A stretch of 63,996 bases of DNA, the filler included, from Aduncisulcus paluster (Eukaryota), in NCBI GenBank assembly GCA_024181965.1. It is 7 parts of 7 records of this genome, joined end to end, with 100 filler letters (N's around TTAATTAATTAA, not from the genome) between each part and the next. Parts side by side here need not be neighbours in the genome. Positions count along the whole stretch, not along the records: positions 17,663 to 40,883 come from BQXS01012452.1; 6 more parts are not named here. The stretch is one strand, 5' to 3'. Positions 23,627 through 34,456 of the stretch are shown piece by piece. Position 1 is the first letter of the stretch. Each line of letters begins with the position of its first letter. The notes beneath the pieces are model-generated. The model had not been told where the DNA came from. It searched no databases and saw only the letters and a program-made list of their open reading frames with translations. Made by a program: the position numbers and the translations under genes.

Positions 23627-26329
23627 ATGGAAACCAAGGCCCCAAGTATTACCCCATATTATATTTTTATTATTTGTGTTCTTGTTTCTTTCATATTTTC
23701 TCCTATGATATTCAAACCCACTGGATCGACGACATTTTCAAAAGTAGTTTCAAATTATTCTCTTTTGACATCGCCAGAATTATTGAAAAAACAGATGGAT
23801 TATATTAAAATGCAAGAATCTCGTCGTTTAGGAATTACCGATGATGAGGAAGATTCTGACGATATAGAGGTTCCATTTGAAGTTATAGAACATCTTCCCC
23901 GTGAGTTGGATCCTGCTATTCAAAGTAGATTCAAGCCTCAAGTTGTCAATATTGTCCTTACGCCAACTGGGTATGATTCCTCATATTCATACCCTCATCT
24001 TGTAACCCCCTTCGGAAGTAACCTTGAATTTACATTTTTAGGACATTTATATAGTTCATTAGTTTATTCAGGAGATGAATCTAGTGGGTTTTCCAATTTT
24101 TATTCCACTCGAACCCAAAATGAAGTCCATAATATTATGTCGAGTGATGTTCTTTCGAATCCCATTGACGGAGAACGGGGTCAGTTTCAATGGATGCTCA
24201 AGCTCCCTGTTGAAGGGATTTTGAGGGATATGTACGTAACCAGTGTTCCATCCCATGCTGAATATGATCCAAAGAGTGCTATCAGAATGAGTGATACCAC
24301 AAGCATATTCGCTCCCTCCAAAGTTGCCAATCAATTATTCATATTATCATCTTATCTTGACGTTGTATGTGTCCAAGATACTCTATCGTTGCTCTGGACT
24401 AAAAACCTTGTTTCTCATTATGAAGAAGCCCTTGAAGGGAGCAACTCTCTCTTTGGATATCGTATCACAGCCAGTGCAGCCAGTGTTGTACCATTCCGTA
24501 GTGCCATAAGGGTGAGAGAAGGGGCTGAGGAGGAAGAGAATCAACCTTCCGAGGAGGTCTTGCAAGCCATTGAAGCTGAGAAGATTGGATACCTTGAGTT
24601 CACACCTGAGCGTTTGGAACAGGCCGTTGCTCTTGCTGAGGATGGCCTTGTTGCGACTGTTGTGACGAGTGCCTCCTTCCCGAAGATTCATGGAAGAGAC
24701 AATGATGAACCTGATCTTGCCGATGCTGAGCTCCCCCAACATGTATTCAAACACCATTTCATCGGGATGAACGCTCAGAAAGGAGAGATTGTATGGAAGA
24801 CAACTGCTAAGGTTCCTAAACGTTATGGTCTCACAATCCTCGCAACCAAGACTGTTCTTGAGCAAGGAACACATGCGATGGCACACTCTATATCTCAGAA
24901 ACAAGCCAATGAACTGTATGATCTTCTCAAGAGACTTGTTTTCTCTCCCTCATATCGTTCCCTCGAGAAGAAGCACGGTGAACACAGTTCTTTCCTATCC
25001 CTGTACCTTAATCTCGACAATACTGGGGGAATGAAGGAGAAAGACAGGCTGGATGTTGCTGATTCACTCTGTCTGTTTACTCCCACTCACTTCACTCTTC
25101 TTACTGCCCACACGGGTGAGGAACTCATGACTCTTGTCCACTCCCCTGCTGTCACGATTGGTCCTGCACCCTCTGAAAGGCCAAGGATATTCTACATTGC
25201 TAAGATGAGCCTTAGAGATATGCAGAAACTCACTGAGGAATATGGAGCTGATGAAGAAGAGGAAGAGGAAGGTGGTGAGAATGGTAATAACACTGGTTCC
25301 TCGTCTAAGTTGTCTGGAAGAGTGTCTGCTGACAAGGATACGTATATCTTGGTCGGATTAGACTTAGTACAAGGGAATGCCACTTCAAATGCCACTGATA
25401 GTGTCACTCAGTATCTTCCTTTGGCCACTGCTATCCTCACAAAGCGTGTATTTGCTGTTCCATTGCCTAATTCCAACCATAGGGGTAACAGATGGTCAAA
25501 ATATATTCCCAGGATTTCACCGAGACCACTGGAGAACAAGAAGGTCTCAAAGCCTCCTTCAACAATTCGGTACAGTGACAACGATGCTGAAGACAGGCGG
25601 ATTAAACAGTCTAAGGCCCAGACTCGTCCAGATCCCATTCTTCCTCCTCCTCTTCTTGTGTTCGACCCTTCCATATCCTCCACCTCTATATCCTTCCCTG
25701 ATGTGGTCATTGTCACTCCATACTTCGATGTTGTGTGTGTGAATGTCGATGGAGACATTCTTTGGACTCACACCCTCAACACTGAGAGTGGGCGTGTTTC
25801 TTCTGGATCTGGGGATGATTATGATGACACCGATATCTTCGATGATGATCTATTTTGGGATGAGGAGGAGGACGAGGATGAGGACGATGTGTTCTCTTCA
25901 TATTCTAGCACAGGATATGTTGCTCCAATCACTATAACACTCTCTGCACACCATTATACTTCATCTAACACAGCCATTGTTGTGGATATGGATGGAATGA
26001 TGAGTGTTCTTGATTCAAAGACTGGGGAGTTACTTTTGAACACGGATAGACCCTTGGATTCTGAGAGTATTTGGACCGTGGATGAGGAATCTGAGGAGCA
26101 GGATAGTCAATATGGAAGTGGAGCTGTGTTCTTTGCTAATGTTGGTCAAGACTATGGTGTGAAGACAATGTTTGTCACGTCTCCTTACACAAATGTGATG
26201 GATGCCTTCCATCCTATTGTTGTAAGAACCACAACGTTGAGTGTTCTCATCACAGGAGTTTTGATTGTCATGATGAGTCTTGCAACGTTGTTTGTCGTTC
26301 TTCCTGAGCCAAAGAAGAAGAAAGAATAA
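23627..26329 (+). CDS. Membrane-anchored beta-propeller (FG-GAP/PQQ-like) protein
   Basis: N-terminal hydrophobic helix, propeller-blade motifs (GMNAQKGEIVWK, VNVDGDILWT, VLDSKTGELL), and a C-terminal TM helix followed by PKKKKE. Confidence 0.6.
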   Translation: METKAPSITPYYIFIICVLVSFIFSPMIFKPTGSTTFSKVVSNYSLLTSPELLKKQMDYIKMQESRRLGITDDEEDSDDIEVPFEVIEHLPRELDPAIQSRFKPQVVNIVLTPTGYDSSYSYPHLVTPFGSNLEFTFLGHLYSSLVYSGDESSGFSNFYSTRTQNEVHNIMSSDVLSNPIDGERGQFQWMLKLPVEGILRDMYVTSVPSHAEYDPKSAIRMSDTTSIFAPSKVANQLFILSSYLDVVCVQDTLSLLWTKNLVSHYEEALEGSNSLFGYRITASAASVVPFRSAIRVREGAEEEENQPSEEVLQAIEAEKIGYLEFTPERLEQAVALAEDGLVATVVTSASFPKIHGRDNDEPDLADAELPQHVFKHHFIGMNAQKGEIVWKTTAKVPKRYGLTILATKTVLEQGTHAMAHSISQKQANELYDLLKRLVFSPSYRSLEKKHGEHSSFLSLYLNLDNTGGMKEKDRLDVADSLCLFTPTHFTLLTAHTGEELMTLVHSPAVTIGPAPSERPRIFYIAKMSLRDMQKLTEEYGADEEEEEEGGENGNNTGSSSKLSGRVSADKDTYILVGLDLVQGNATSNATDSVTQYLPLATAILTKRVFAVPLPNSNHRGNRWSKYIPRISPRPLENKKVSKPPSTIRYSDNDAEDRRIKQSKAQTRPDPILPPPLLVFDPSISSTSISFPDVVIVTPYFDVVCVNVDGDILWTHTLNTESGRVSSGSGDDYDDTDIFDDDLFWDEEEDEDEDDVFSSYSSTGYVAPITITLSAHHYTSSNTAIVVDMDGMMSVLDSKTGELLLNTDRPLDSESIWTVDEESEEQDSQYGSGAVFFANVGQDYGVKTMFVTSPYTNVMDAFHPIVVRTTTLSVLITGVLIVMMSLATLFVVLPEPKKKKE

Positions 26330-26864
26330 GGAATATGGACTCTCTCGGTTCTAATTGAGTTAAAGGGAACGGATTCAAACAGTTTGAAATTCAAACATTT
26401 CTTCAGATTATTTTAATAAATAAACCAATTCGTGATACAAACATCTTGTTGTTGCAACAACAGTTGTTGAATTCCACTCCGGTTTGAGATATTAATTAAT
26501 TTAGTTCACATTGTTGTGGAAGTATTTTCCCACCTCTGGATACAAAAGAAAAAAGTGCAACTGGCTGAATATTTCAATTTATATGCCTTTCAAAATGCCT
26601 TTCTTCAAAAACAAGAAATTCCCAACATTTCCACCCTTCCATGAAAATATATTTTGAAGTTTTAGAAAGAAATAAAGCAATTAAAAATTTTAAAATCTAT
26701 TTTTAGAAAATCTATTTTTAGAATTTACGATTTCAAATTTGAACAAAAACAGAAAATAATATAAAAAAAGCATGGAAATTTCATAGGGAAGATAGTTCTC
26801 ATCCTTCAGGCTTAGCTAACATTTCACGCCTCGAATATTGTCACAAATATCAACAACAAAAATT

Positions 26865-26935
26865 TGCGCCCACCGGGATTCGAACCCGGGCCGTCACGAT
26901 GGAAACGTGATATCATACCCCTAGACTATAAGCGC
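26865..26935 (-). tRNA. tRNA-Gly (anticodon TCC)
   Basis: Reverse complement GCGCTTATAGTCTAGGGGTATGATA-TCACG-TT-TCC-AT-CGTGA-CGGCCCGGGTTCGAATCCCGGTGGGCGCA forms a full cloverleaf. Confidence 0.96.
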
Positions 26936-27387
26936 ACAATAAAAATTGAAATAACTTTCTCAAAATCCTATTAAAAAGAATAGATTCAATAATATCAGTT
27001 AATTCAAACTTTTTCTGCAAACTATAATCTTTTTTTTATCATTTTGTATTTTTATCTTGGTAAAATTTAAGCATATTCTTCTAAATCAATATATTTTCGA
27101 GAGAACCTAGTATTTAGAATTTTGAAAAATAAAATTAAATTATCGCAATAATAAGCAATATTATCTTGAAATAAAGAATCTGAAAGTGGAAAAACCTTTC
27201 TTCAATGTTCCATAGCAAAATGGTATGTTTTGATTACATATAAGCGTACGTTTCCTATATAGTTACATTAATTCAATATTTCATTATGTAATTGATTTTA
27301 ATTTTATAATCTTCTATCATATCTCGATTGTATTGGTGGTCTCAATTTTTGTCCCATGAAAAATCTCTAACGAAGTGAGATTGTAGG

Positions 27388-29637
27388 ATGACAGTGGAAC
27401 CTAAAGTTTATCGTGCTGTGCCCGTTAAATCTTGCCCTCCTCCTGGTGATCTTCTCAAGAGCAATGCTACAGTCCGAAAAATGCAAGAAAGTGGAATTAA
27501 ATTAAATAAGGAATCCTCGAAGTTTCCATTTAAAGAACCAATTCATATCACAGGACTTTTTCTTTCTGTCGGAAAACCAGTATCCCAGTCAACAAAACTT
27601 AAAATAACATTTTCCTTCCCGGATGGACCCTCGAAATCTAGAAGATTTTCGTTACCAGCTTTAACATTCGATAAGGGATCGTTTTTTCTGGAATGGAAAA
27701 CGGAGAATGCTGCCAACCAGTGTACCATTAAAGCAATTGGGTCAGCTGAGCAATATATATATAATGTCCATATAATTAAGCGTGATCCAGAAATTAACAT
27801 TGAAATATCCAAGTACCGTTCTCTGTGGAAAGAGGGGTCAACATAATTTTTATATTCTAAAATGTGGAGAATATGCTGCTATTATCGATTCTGGGTATTC
27901 CATGAAGCCTCACTTAAAATCTGAAGTTTCTTGTTATCTGTCTGATATAAACTACCTTGAATATTTCGAAACCCATGATCATGATGATCACACAGGTTCA
28001 AGGAAGTTCTTTCGCGAACTGATTGAAAAGAATAAGGTTGAGGGGGCTTGTATGTGTCGTGTGTTCCAAGTCAAAAAGAAGGAGAAGAAGAAAAAAAAGA
28101 AGGAGAACAAGAAGACCCGTTCACAACACGTAAAAAGTATCACAAAGACTTTATTGACACTTGTAAGAAAAATGGATTTAAGGGAGATGGTCAAATCTAT
28201 AACCGTAATGCATTTGAAATAACTGATGGCAAAAGAATTCCATGTCCATTTAATATCTCTATGTTCATTCCAAAAATGATTCCTTCTTTAGACCATTCTC
28301 TAGAGAATACAATGTCCATTTGTTATCTCTTCTCCCTTCCTTTAGGTAAAATTCCTTGTGTCGATTTTACCACTCCATTTTCTTCCAAGAAACTCAACGA
28401 ATCGTACCTGAAGATGTCTCCATCATTATATATGCCGACTGTCAATCAACCATACTTCAAAGCTTTCTTCTCTGGTGATATTCAAAGAAGTAATTGGATA
28501 GGTACACCATGGTTTAAAAAGTGTAATAGCCATTTTTCTACATCATCTCATCATGGTTCAAAAGAATACACTAAAAAAGACTATTTTCAAACTGTGCGTT
28601 CTTGTATTCTTGACATTCCTTCTGGATATCATTCCAGAGCTTCCTTCTTGCAACAATGGGTTCAAACCGGGCGAACTTGCTGGAGTGATGCTTTACAATT
28701 GCAAGGAAGTATTGATCTTAAAACAATATTTGACACCATTGATAATCCTGAAAAAGGTCCTTTGTCAACGAAACCAACTTCTCGTCCCTTTTCAGCTCTT
28801 CTTCATGCTCTATCTCAAGCACCACCAGTGTCATATCTTAACAATATTCATAATGGAGATGATTTAGATACGATTAGAGAGTCAAAACAGCCTACATCTA
28901 AACATGATCATGGACTATTTTGTGATGGTTTTTATAAAGCAAAGATCGAGCGGGATCATATTTATGGTATTATTGATATTCTTAATACATTTTTCCTTGG
29001 AACTTCAGATCGAGAGAACAAGGTTCGAGCTTGGATAAAAACATATAATTCAGAACAACACGACATATCAAGGATGCTCAAGGATAAAAAATTGGGGAGA
29101 ATTCATGCCAGATGCATGGAAATGAGCAAATCTGTTATCAAAATGAAATACCACGATGAAAGTATGATTGAATATAAACTGTTTCTTGAACATATCTATA
29201 GATTTGAAGCAGCCACACTGTGTTTAATCTATGATTTCGAAAAGAATACAGAGGAGTTTTGGAAGCTTCTCTGGACAAAATATATATTGAATCCCGGTGC
29301 CACCGTTGTCAGTGACATAGATTATTTATTATCACACCAGTTTCCCCCAAATATTTCCCTCATTCTCCCCCTTATCCACATTCACACCTTCAATCATTTT
29401 TATTATAGAGAAATAGATGTTTGTGGAGCGATTCCTGGGATCTTTGTTCGAAAGTATTCTTTAAAGAAGGTGAAAAAGGGTGATACGACAGGAATTAAAG
29501 GACTTGATAGACATATTTGTGGGTTTTGGAGTGCAAAGTCCAAAGGACTTCGTAATCCAATCATTGTTCCTTCTTCAGCCTATATTCCACCAGAAAAAGA
29601 ATCATCTAGACGTGAATATGATGAAGGAGAGAAATAA
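27388..29637 (+). pseudogene. Metallo-beta-lactamase-fold (ComEC/Rec2-like) hydrolase with an N-terminal beta-sandwich, split by two compensating frameshifts
   Basis: IIDSG and THDHDDHTG (HxHxDH) are in ORF 27782; FFSGDIQ and SSHHGSK are in ORF 28048. ORFs 27388 and 28048 share a frame. Confidence 0.65.
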
Positions 29638-29789
29638 GTTATTCATGTTGTTATTCTGGAAGTCAAGAAGATTAGGATGAAATGAAATTAAATCGGTGTA
29701 TTTCTTATCAGGAACACAAATATAGAGAGCTTCTTTCTCCGATCTAAGATCAAACATTCATATTATTAATGAAAAAATTGTTATTGTAA

Positions 29790-30263
29790 TTACTGTTCTG
29801 TACTATGAATAAAACGAATCCCATATATACGAGGAAGTGTGTCTGGCATTGATTTCCAGCAATGTCCACGAGGACATTCAATTTCACATTTCACAACATT
29901 TGACAATTCAACTGGAAGGGAATGCCATTCAAAACCAAATCGAGGTTCAGGTATTGTAAAACGAAACCGAGTGATAGAGAAATTTGAGTGAGTGAAAGTA
30001 ATATATAAATCACGAGGAGGCCCACTATCTTGAGATATTTCAACATAAATATATTTTATATAACTGGAGACTTGAAATGGAAACACCAATTGAGTAAAAT
30101 GAACGCCTCCAATTCCTTTTAATAACTTTTCATGAATCCAATCGCTAACATCTGTGATTTTGTATTTTGATGAAAACTTTTCTCCAGTTTCATAACTTCC
30201 ATGCGAATTATCAACATCAATTGTTATTAATTTTGAATCATCAATTGGAAGTGGTGGAAACAA
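29790..30263 (-). CDS. Small beta-sandwich domain protein, paralogous to the 27388-27846 domain (5' end uncertain)
   Basis: FPFQVSSYIKYIYV..LYITFTH..RFRFTIP..CEI aligns by eye with FPFKEPIHITGLFL..LKITFSF..RRFSLP..CTI. Confidence 0.55.
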   Translation of the reverse strand: MFPPLPIDDSKLITIDVDNSHGSYETGEKFSSKYKITDVSDWIHEKLLKGIGGVHFTQLVFPFQVSSYIKYIYVEISQDSGPPRDLYITFTHSNFSITRFRFTIPEPRFGFEWHSLPVELSNVVKCEIECPRGHCWKSMPDTLPRIYGIRFIHSTEQ

Positions 30264-30779
30264 ATCTATTGGTTCTTCTCCAGGAAGAAATCTAATTGGA
30301 TCACAACCTTCTTTAATGAATACTGACTTATGAAACGTTCTATTAATTGTAAAATATCGTAATTAATAAAAGCATGACCAAATTTAAACGATGTCATAAG
30401 AATTGTAAATCTCAGGAAAGGGCCCAACATTTGAAACATTAGAGCTCTAAAATACATACAGCTTTGAAAAAAGAGCCATTTAGATTATTTTCTTTTTTCT
30501 CAATTGATGAAACACGCCAAAACTTTGTCAATCATACTAAACTGTCAATATAACAGATAAAATGGTATTCTTTATCATGACTCTTTCAAATGGCCCATAA
30601 GAATAATTTAATATTTATTTAAATGAAAGGAGTCAATCCAATAATAGAGAAAAACAGAAATTTGAGTATTAGGAGCTGTTCAACGCAAATCACAATTAAA
30701 TTATGTCAGTTGCCAAATATCAACATAATATAAAGTAATAACAATTCATAATGAGTGTGAAATATGATATAACCCGCAT

Positions 30780-33700
30780 TTAGATGAATCCACCAACAGT
30801 TTTCCCAGTTCCACCAATCTCGACAGACCAATCATCGGCATCCATATCTCCATCTTCCACGAGGAAGTCAGCGAGAAGATCAAGAGTAAGTTTCCCACAG
30901 AATGGACACTCAACACTCAGCTGCTCAACAATCTCACTCTCGACGTCTTCATGTCTGGCTAATTGCTGTAATTTACGAAGCTGGTCTTTTCTAGGTTCAT
31001 ACGCAGTCTCTAATACCATATCACTGAGACATTTCACATGTAGACAGTGCCCACATGCAAAGATAAGCGACCCTTGAGTCAATGTAACTGCTTGACAAGC
31101 CATACACACGGAACCTCTTGGAATCTCAACATAACGTTCTCTCAAAAGACTCATCTCACGTGCTGTGAGCTCTGTGGCGGCCTGAGCATTGTCCATATCA
31201 TGTCTCAGGGTCTCAATCTGTTCGTTGAATCGTGAAAGAGACGAGAGAATGGCTTCCTTGAAGTTACCAAGCTTGTTGAACTCAGCAAAATGTTGCAATA
31301 TATCCTCAACATGGAGATCTTGACATTCACCGAGGAGTTTCATGGCATGCTTCCTTCCAACCTCTCCTTTCTTACTCAAGAATCTGGCAATAGATATCCA
31401 CAGACGTTTATACAATTCTGGATCCTCCTTACTCAATCTTGCCTGCTCCATGGCCAAGTCAACGAACCCATGGTTCAAGGCCAAAGCAACAGCTTCAGTG
31501 TGCATCTTTAATAGGGAAAAAACAACGACGACTCCTCTCCACTTCTCCTTCTTCATGCACTGCCTCAGAGCATACCGAAGATCAAACTTAGCACCCAATT
31601 CTCCTGTCTCGGATGGATCCAACACCCTCAGCAGTTCAACGTCACTCTGTTTCTTCACAAGCAGAGCAAGACGGTAGTTATGGACACTCTGGTCTGCACA
31701 CCCATGCCTATTGATACAATTATTAAGGAATCTGATGGCATGGTCTTCCCCAATGAGAGTGTCGTCAATGTATGCCATATGGATTGGCAGAGTGGATGTG
31801 GTAGCAGTAACCAGCTTATCTTGAGCTCCACCACGATACCTCACCTTCAACATCTCCTCCTCTCTCTGGGCCTCATAGAGCATCAACGAGGGCAGGAGAC
31901 GTTGGGCATCGATCTGGATGGAACGTTCAGCACATGCAATGAGAGCATCGACAGTCTCCTTTGGTCTGGTTGTGATCAACTCTGCAGCATACTTATAAAG
32001 AGTCTCAGCCGAACCTTCATGCTTCAGACTCTCACATGCCTGTCTCACAAGACCAGTGCTAATGTAATACTCAACAATGCTTCCATAATCACGGTTCTGC
32101 TTGGCAAGGGTGATAAGCTCTCTCCTTCCATGAGAAACAATAATATTATAGGCCACTTTGCTTGCTTTGTGCAGTAATTTAGCTCTTTGTTGCAAGAAAG
32201 AGTTCAAATTCTTCTGAGCAGCCTCTACTTTAGCTTTAGCATCACGAACAGATAAAGAGACTCCACTGACCTTAGCTCCACCTTCACCCATTCCAGAGTC
32301 AACTCCATCAGTACCCTCACGACTCCTACCGAGTCCAACACGAGCACGGGAGAGGAACGCCTCAGCCGTATCAACCTCACAGAGCAGGAGCTCAAGGATC
32401 CACAGACACAGAGCAGTGCAATGTGAAGGGTGTTTCTTTTCATCTGTACGTTTTAGCTTTTCCATCAGATACAGAGTAAAAGATTGAGTGATATGAGCAC
32501 CCACTCCAACGCTCGAGACAAACCCACCTGCACCCCCTGTCCCACTCACAATACCATTTTCCTCCTCTTCCTGCCGTTTGAGGAACTTCAAACACACGTC
32601 TTCAAAGGGTTTAGTACTCTCTGCCCAACACTGAGCTGCAAGACCGAATCTCCCACTCTCGAACAAATCATCCCCTTGTTCTCTGAGAATGACATCCCTG
32701 GCCTCCATGTCTGCAAGCTTAGTAGCAATGAACAGAGCTTCTTCATATCTCGAGACGGAAAGGTACTGTTTCCACACTTCATCTTCCTCTGCCTCAGGTT
32801 CAATCCTCCATACTCTCTTATTTGACACCATGATTACAGCGTCTGTGAAAGGATCATACATGCACTTCACAAGGATCTCATTCGTATCATCCACATGCCT
32901 CCCGAGGTATGACTCAAGTTTATACTCCATGGCTACCTTGTTGGTCACAAGAGACACGACGAGAAGATGGGAAGGGTACAAGACAAGCATGTGATACTGC
33001 GATAAAACAATGGATATAATGTCCTCATTGTCACAGGGTCTATCAGTGGTCGGAGAGAACCAGTTTCTGAGGGATTGGATGGAAAAGCCTCCAGAGGCTG
33101 ATCCAGAAGATCCATAAAGGGAAGAGGACATTCCACGATCCTCAGCTGTCTTCTTTTTCCCCAATGATTGTTTGAATTCAGCGTGAGCAACAATCTTTGT
33201 ACTGTATGTCATGAACTTATCCACGGACCCTGAGACATGGTCATACCGGACAGCAAATCGTGCACTTGGCGCTGGAAGGATATAATCTTCCGGCAATTCG
33301 ACATCAGCTCCACTAAACCAGATCAGACGACGCTCAGCGAGTGTGTCTTCCCTACCCTCAGAGCCAAGGAGAGATACACCGGTACTGTACCACAAGGAAT
33401 CGTCAGAAACATCTTCCATGAGAGTGTGCATGGAATTTCCAGATAAAATACCAACACAACCATCTCGAACAATGAATACATTATATACACGGTCATCCTG
33501 AGGAATTCTCCGATCCCGAGCAAGTTTTCCACTTCTAGGACGAATATTTAAAAACAAAGAAGTAATTGGAACCCCAAGACATGGTTCAATCCTGTTCCAA
33601 CCACGATCTTTTCCGGCTTCAATAACAGTTTCCACTACTTCACCAGATTCAAAACCTAATAATATTGGACCCGTTGATTTTAATGTAAAATCACACATAT

Positions 33701-34103
33701 TCCATCCAATACAATTTAGTTTACCATATGAAGCACTGTAATTCTTGGATTTTTTGCTGATGTTGTAAAGAGAGGCTTTACCTCCTTTATCAGGTTGAAA
33801 ATAAAGTGTTTGCAATTGATCCATATCAGTATACATAATTACATGATTTCCACTTGGATCAACCCATATTCTACGTGGAGTCTGACCATTAATCTTTTTC
33901 AAGCTGGTTCTAATTGTTAGACTAGAGTCTTCTTCGTCAATATAAACTTTTAAAATAGATCCATCTTCTAATCCAGCAACAAAAACTCCGTTATTGAGAT
34001 CAGAACATATGATATCGGAATCATGTTCACAAGAACATTTTCCAATAACTTCCAATCGAAAAAGTTCTTTAATATTATCTAATGCATCAATATTTGCATC
34101 CAT
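30780..34103 (-). CDS. VPS18: Vps18/Pep3 (HOPS/CORVET subunit)
   Basis: IWVDPSGNH, TGPILLG, SQYHMLVLY, PFEDVCLKF, clathrin-type repeat, C-terminal RING (CMAC..FACGHCLHVKC..ECPFCG). Confidence 0.93.
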   Translation of the reverse strand: MDANIDALDNIKELFRLEVIGKCSCEHDSDIICSDLNNGVFVAGLEDGSILKVYIDEEDSSLTIRTSLKKINGQTPRRIWVDPSGNHVIMYTDMDQLQTLYFQPDKGGKASLYNISKKSKNYSASYGKLNCIGWNMCDFTLKSTGPILLGFESGEVVETVIEAGKDRGWNRIEPCLGVPITSLFLNIRPRSGKLARDRRIPQDDRVYNVFIVRDGCVGILSGNSMHTLMEDVSDDSLWYSTGVSLLGSEGREDTLAERRLIWFSGADVELPEDYILPAPSARFAVRYDHVSGSVDKFMTYSTKIVAHAEFKQSLGKKKTAEDRGMSSSLYGSSGSASGGFSIQSLRNWFSPTTDRPCDNEDIISIVLSQYHMLVLYPSHLLVVSLVTNKVAMEYKLESYLGRHVDDTNEILVKCMYDPFTDAVIMVSNKRVWRIEPEAEEDEVWKQYLSVSRYEEALFIATKLADMEARDVILREQGDDLFESGRFGLAAQCWAESTKPFEDVCLKFLKRQEEEENGIVSGTGGAGGFVSSVGVGAHITQSFTLYLMEKLKRTDEKKHPSHCTALCLWILELLLCEVDTAEAFLSRARVGLGRSREGTDGVDSGMGEGGAKVSGVSLSVRDAKAKVEAAQKNLNSFLQQRAKLLHKASKVAYNIIVSHGRRELITLAKQNRDYGSIVEYYISTGLVRQACESLKHEGSAETLYKYAAELITTRPKETVDALIACAERSIQIDAQRLLPSLMLYEAQREEEMLKVRYRGGAQDKLVTATTSTLPIHMAYIDDTLIGEDHAIRFLNNCINRHGCADQSVHNYRLALLVKKQSDVELLRVLDPSETGELGAKFDLRYALRQCMKKEKWRGVVVVFSLLKMHTEAVALALNHGFVDLAMEQARLSKEDPELYKRLWISIARFLSKKGEVGRKHAMKLLGECQDLHVEDILQHFAEFNKLGNFKEAILSSLSRFNEQIETLRHDMDNAQAATELTAREMSLLRERYVEIPRGSVCMACQAVTLTQGSLIFACGHCLHVKCLSDMVLETAYEPRKDQLRKLQQLARHEDVESEIVEQLSVECPFCGKLTLDLLADFLVEDGDMDADDWSVEIGGTGKTVGGFI

Positions 34104-34456
34104 ATCGGTTAATAGCTAATAATTTATGGTAAAAATAAGAAGATACGAACATGAGACTCATTCAAGAAAAAACTAAAAGCAAAAGCCAAAAAAATGTCGT
34201 ACGTACATTTTCTAAATCTATGTCAGGGATAATGTTTGAACCTAGCCCTAACATTTTCGCTGTGTGTGACAAGAAACATCTTTCAACTCTAACATTGTAA
34301 ATCGAAAACAAAAACAATGAAAAACCTAAGAAATTCTATTAAAAATGCATATTATTAACGAATTATTTATTTCTATAACATCCATATTGTAGTAACAACC
34401 TCGACATAAAAATCCTTTTTCTTGATTGAGATTAGGATTATTGGGACTTATTTTTG

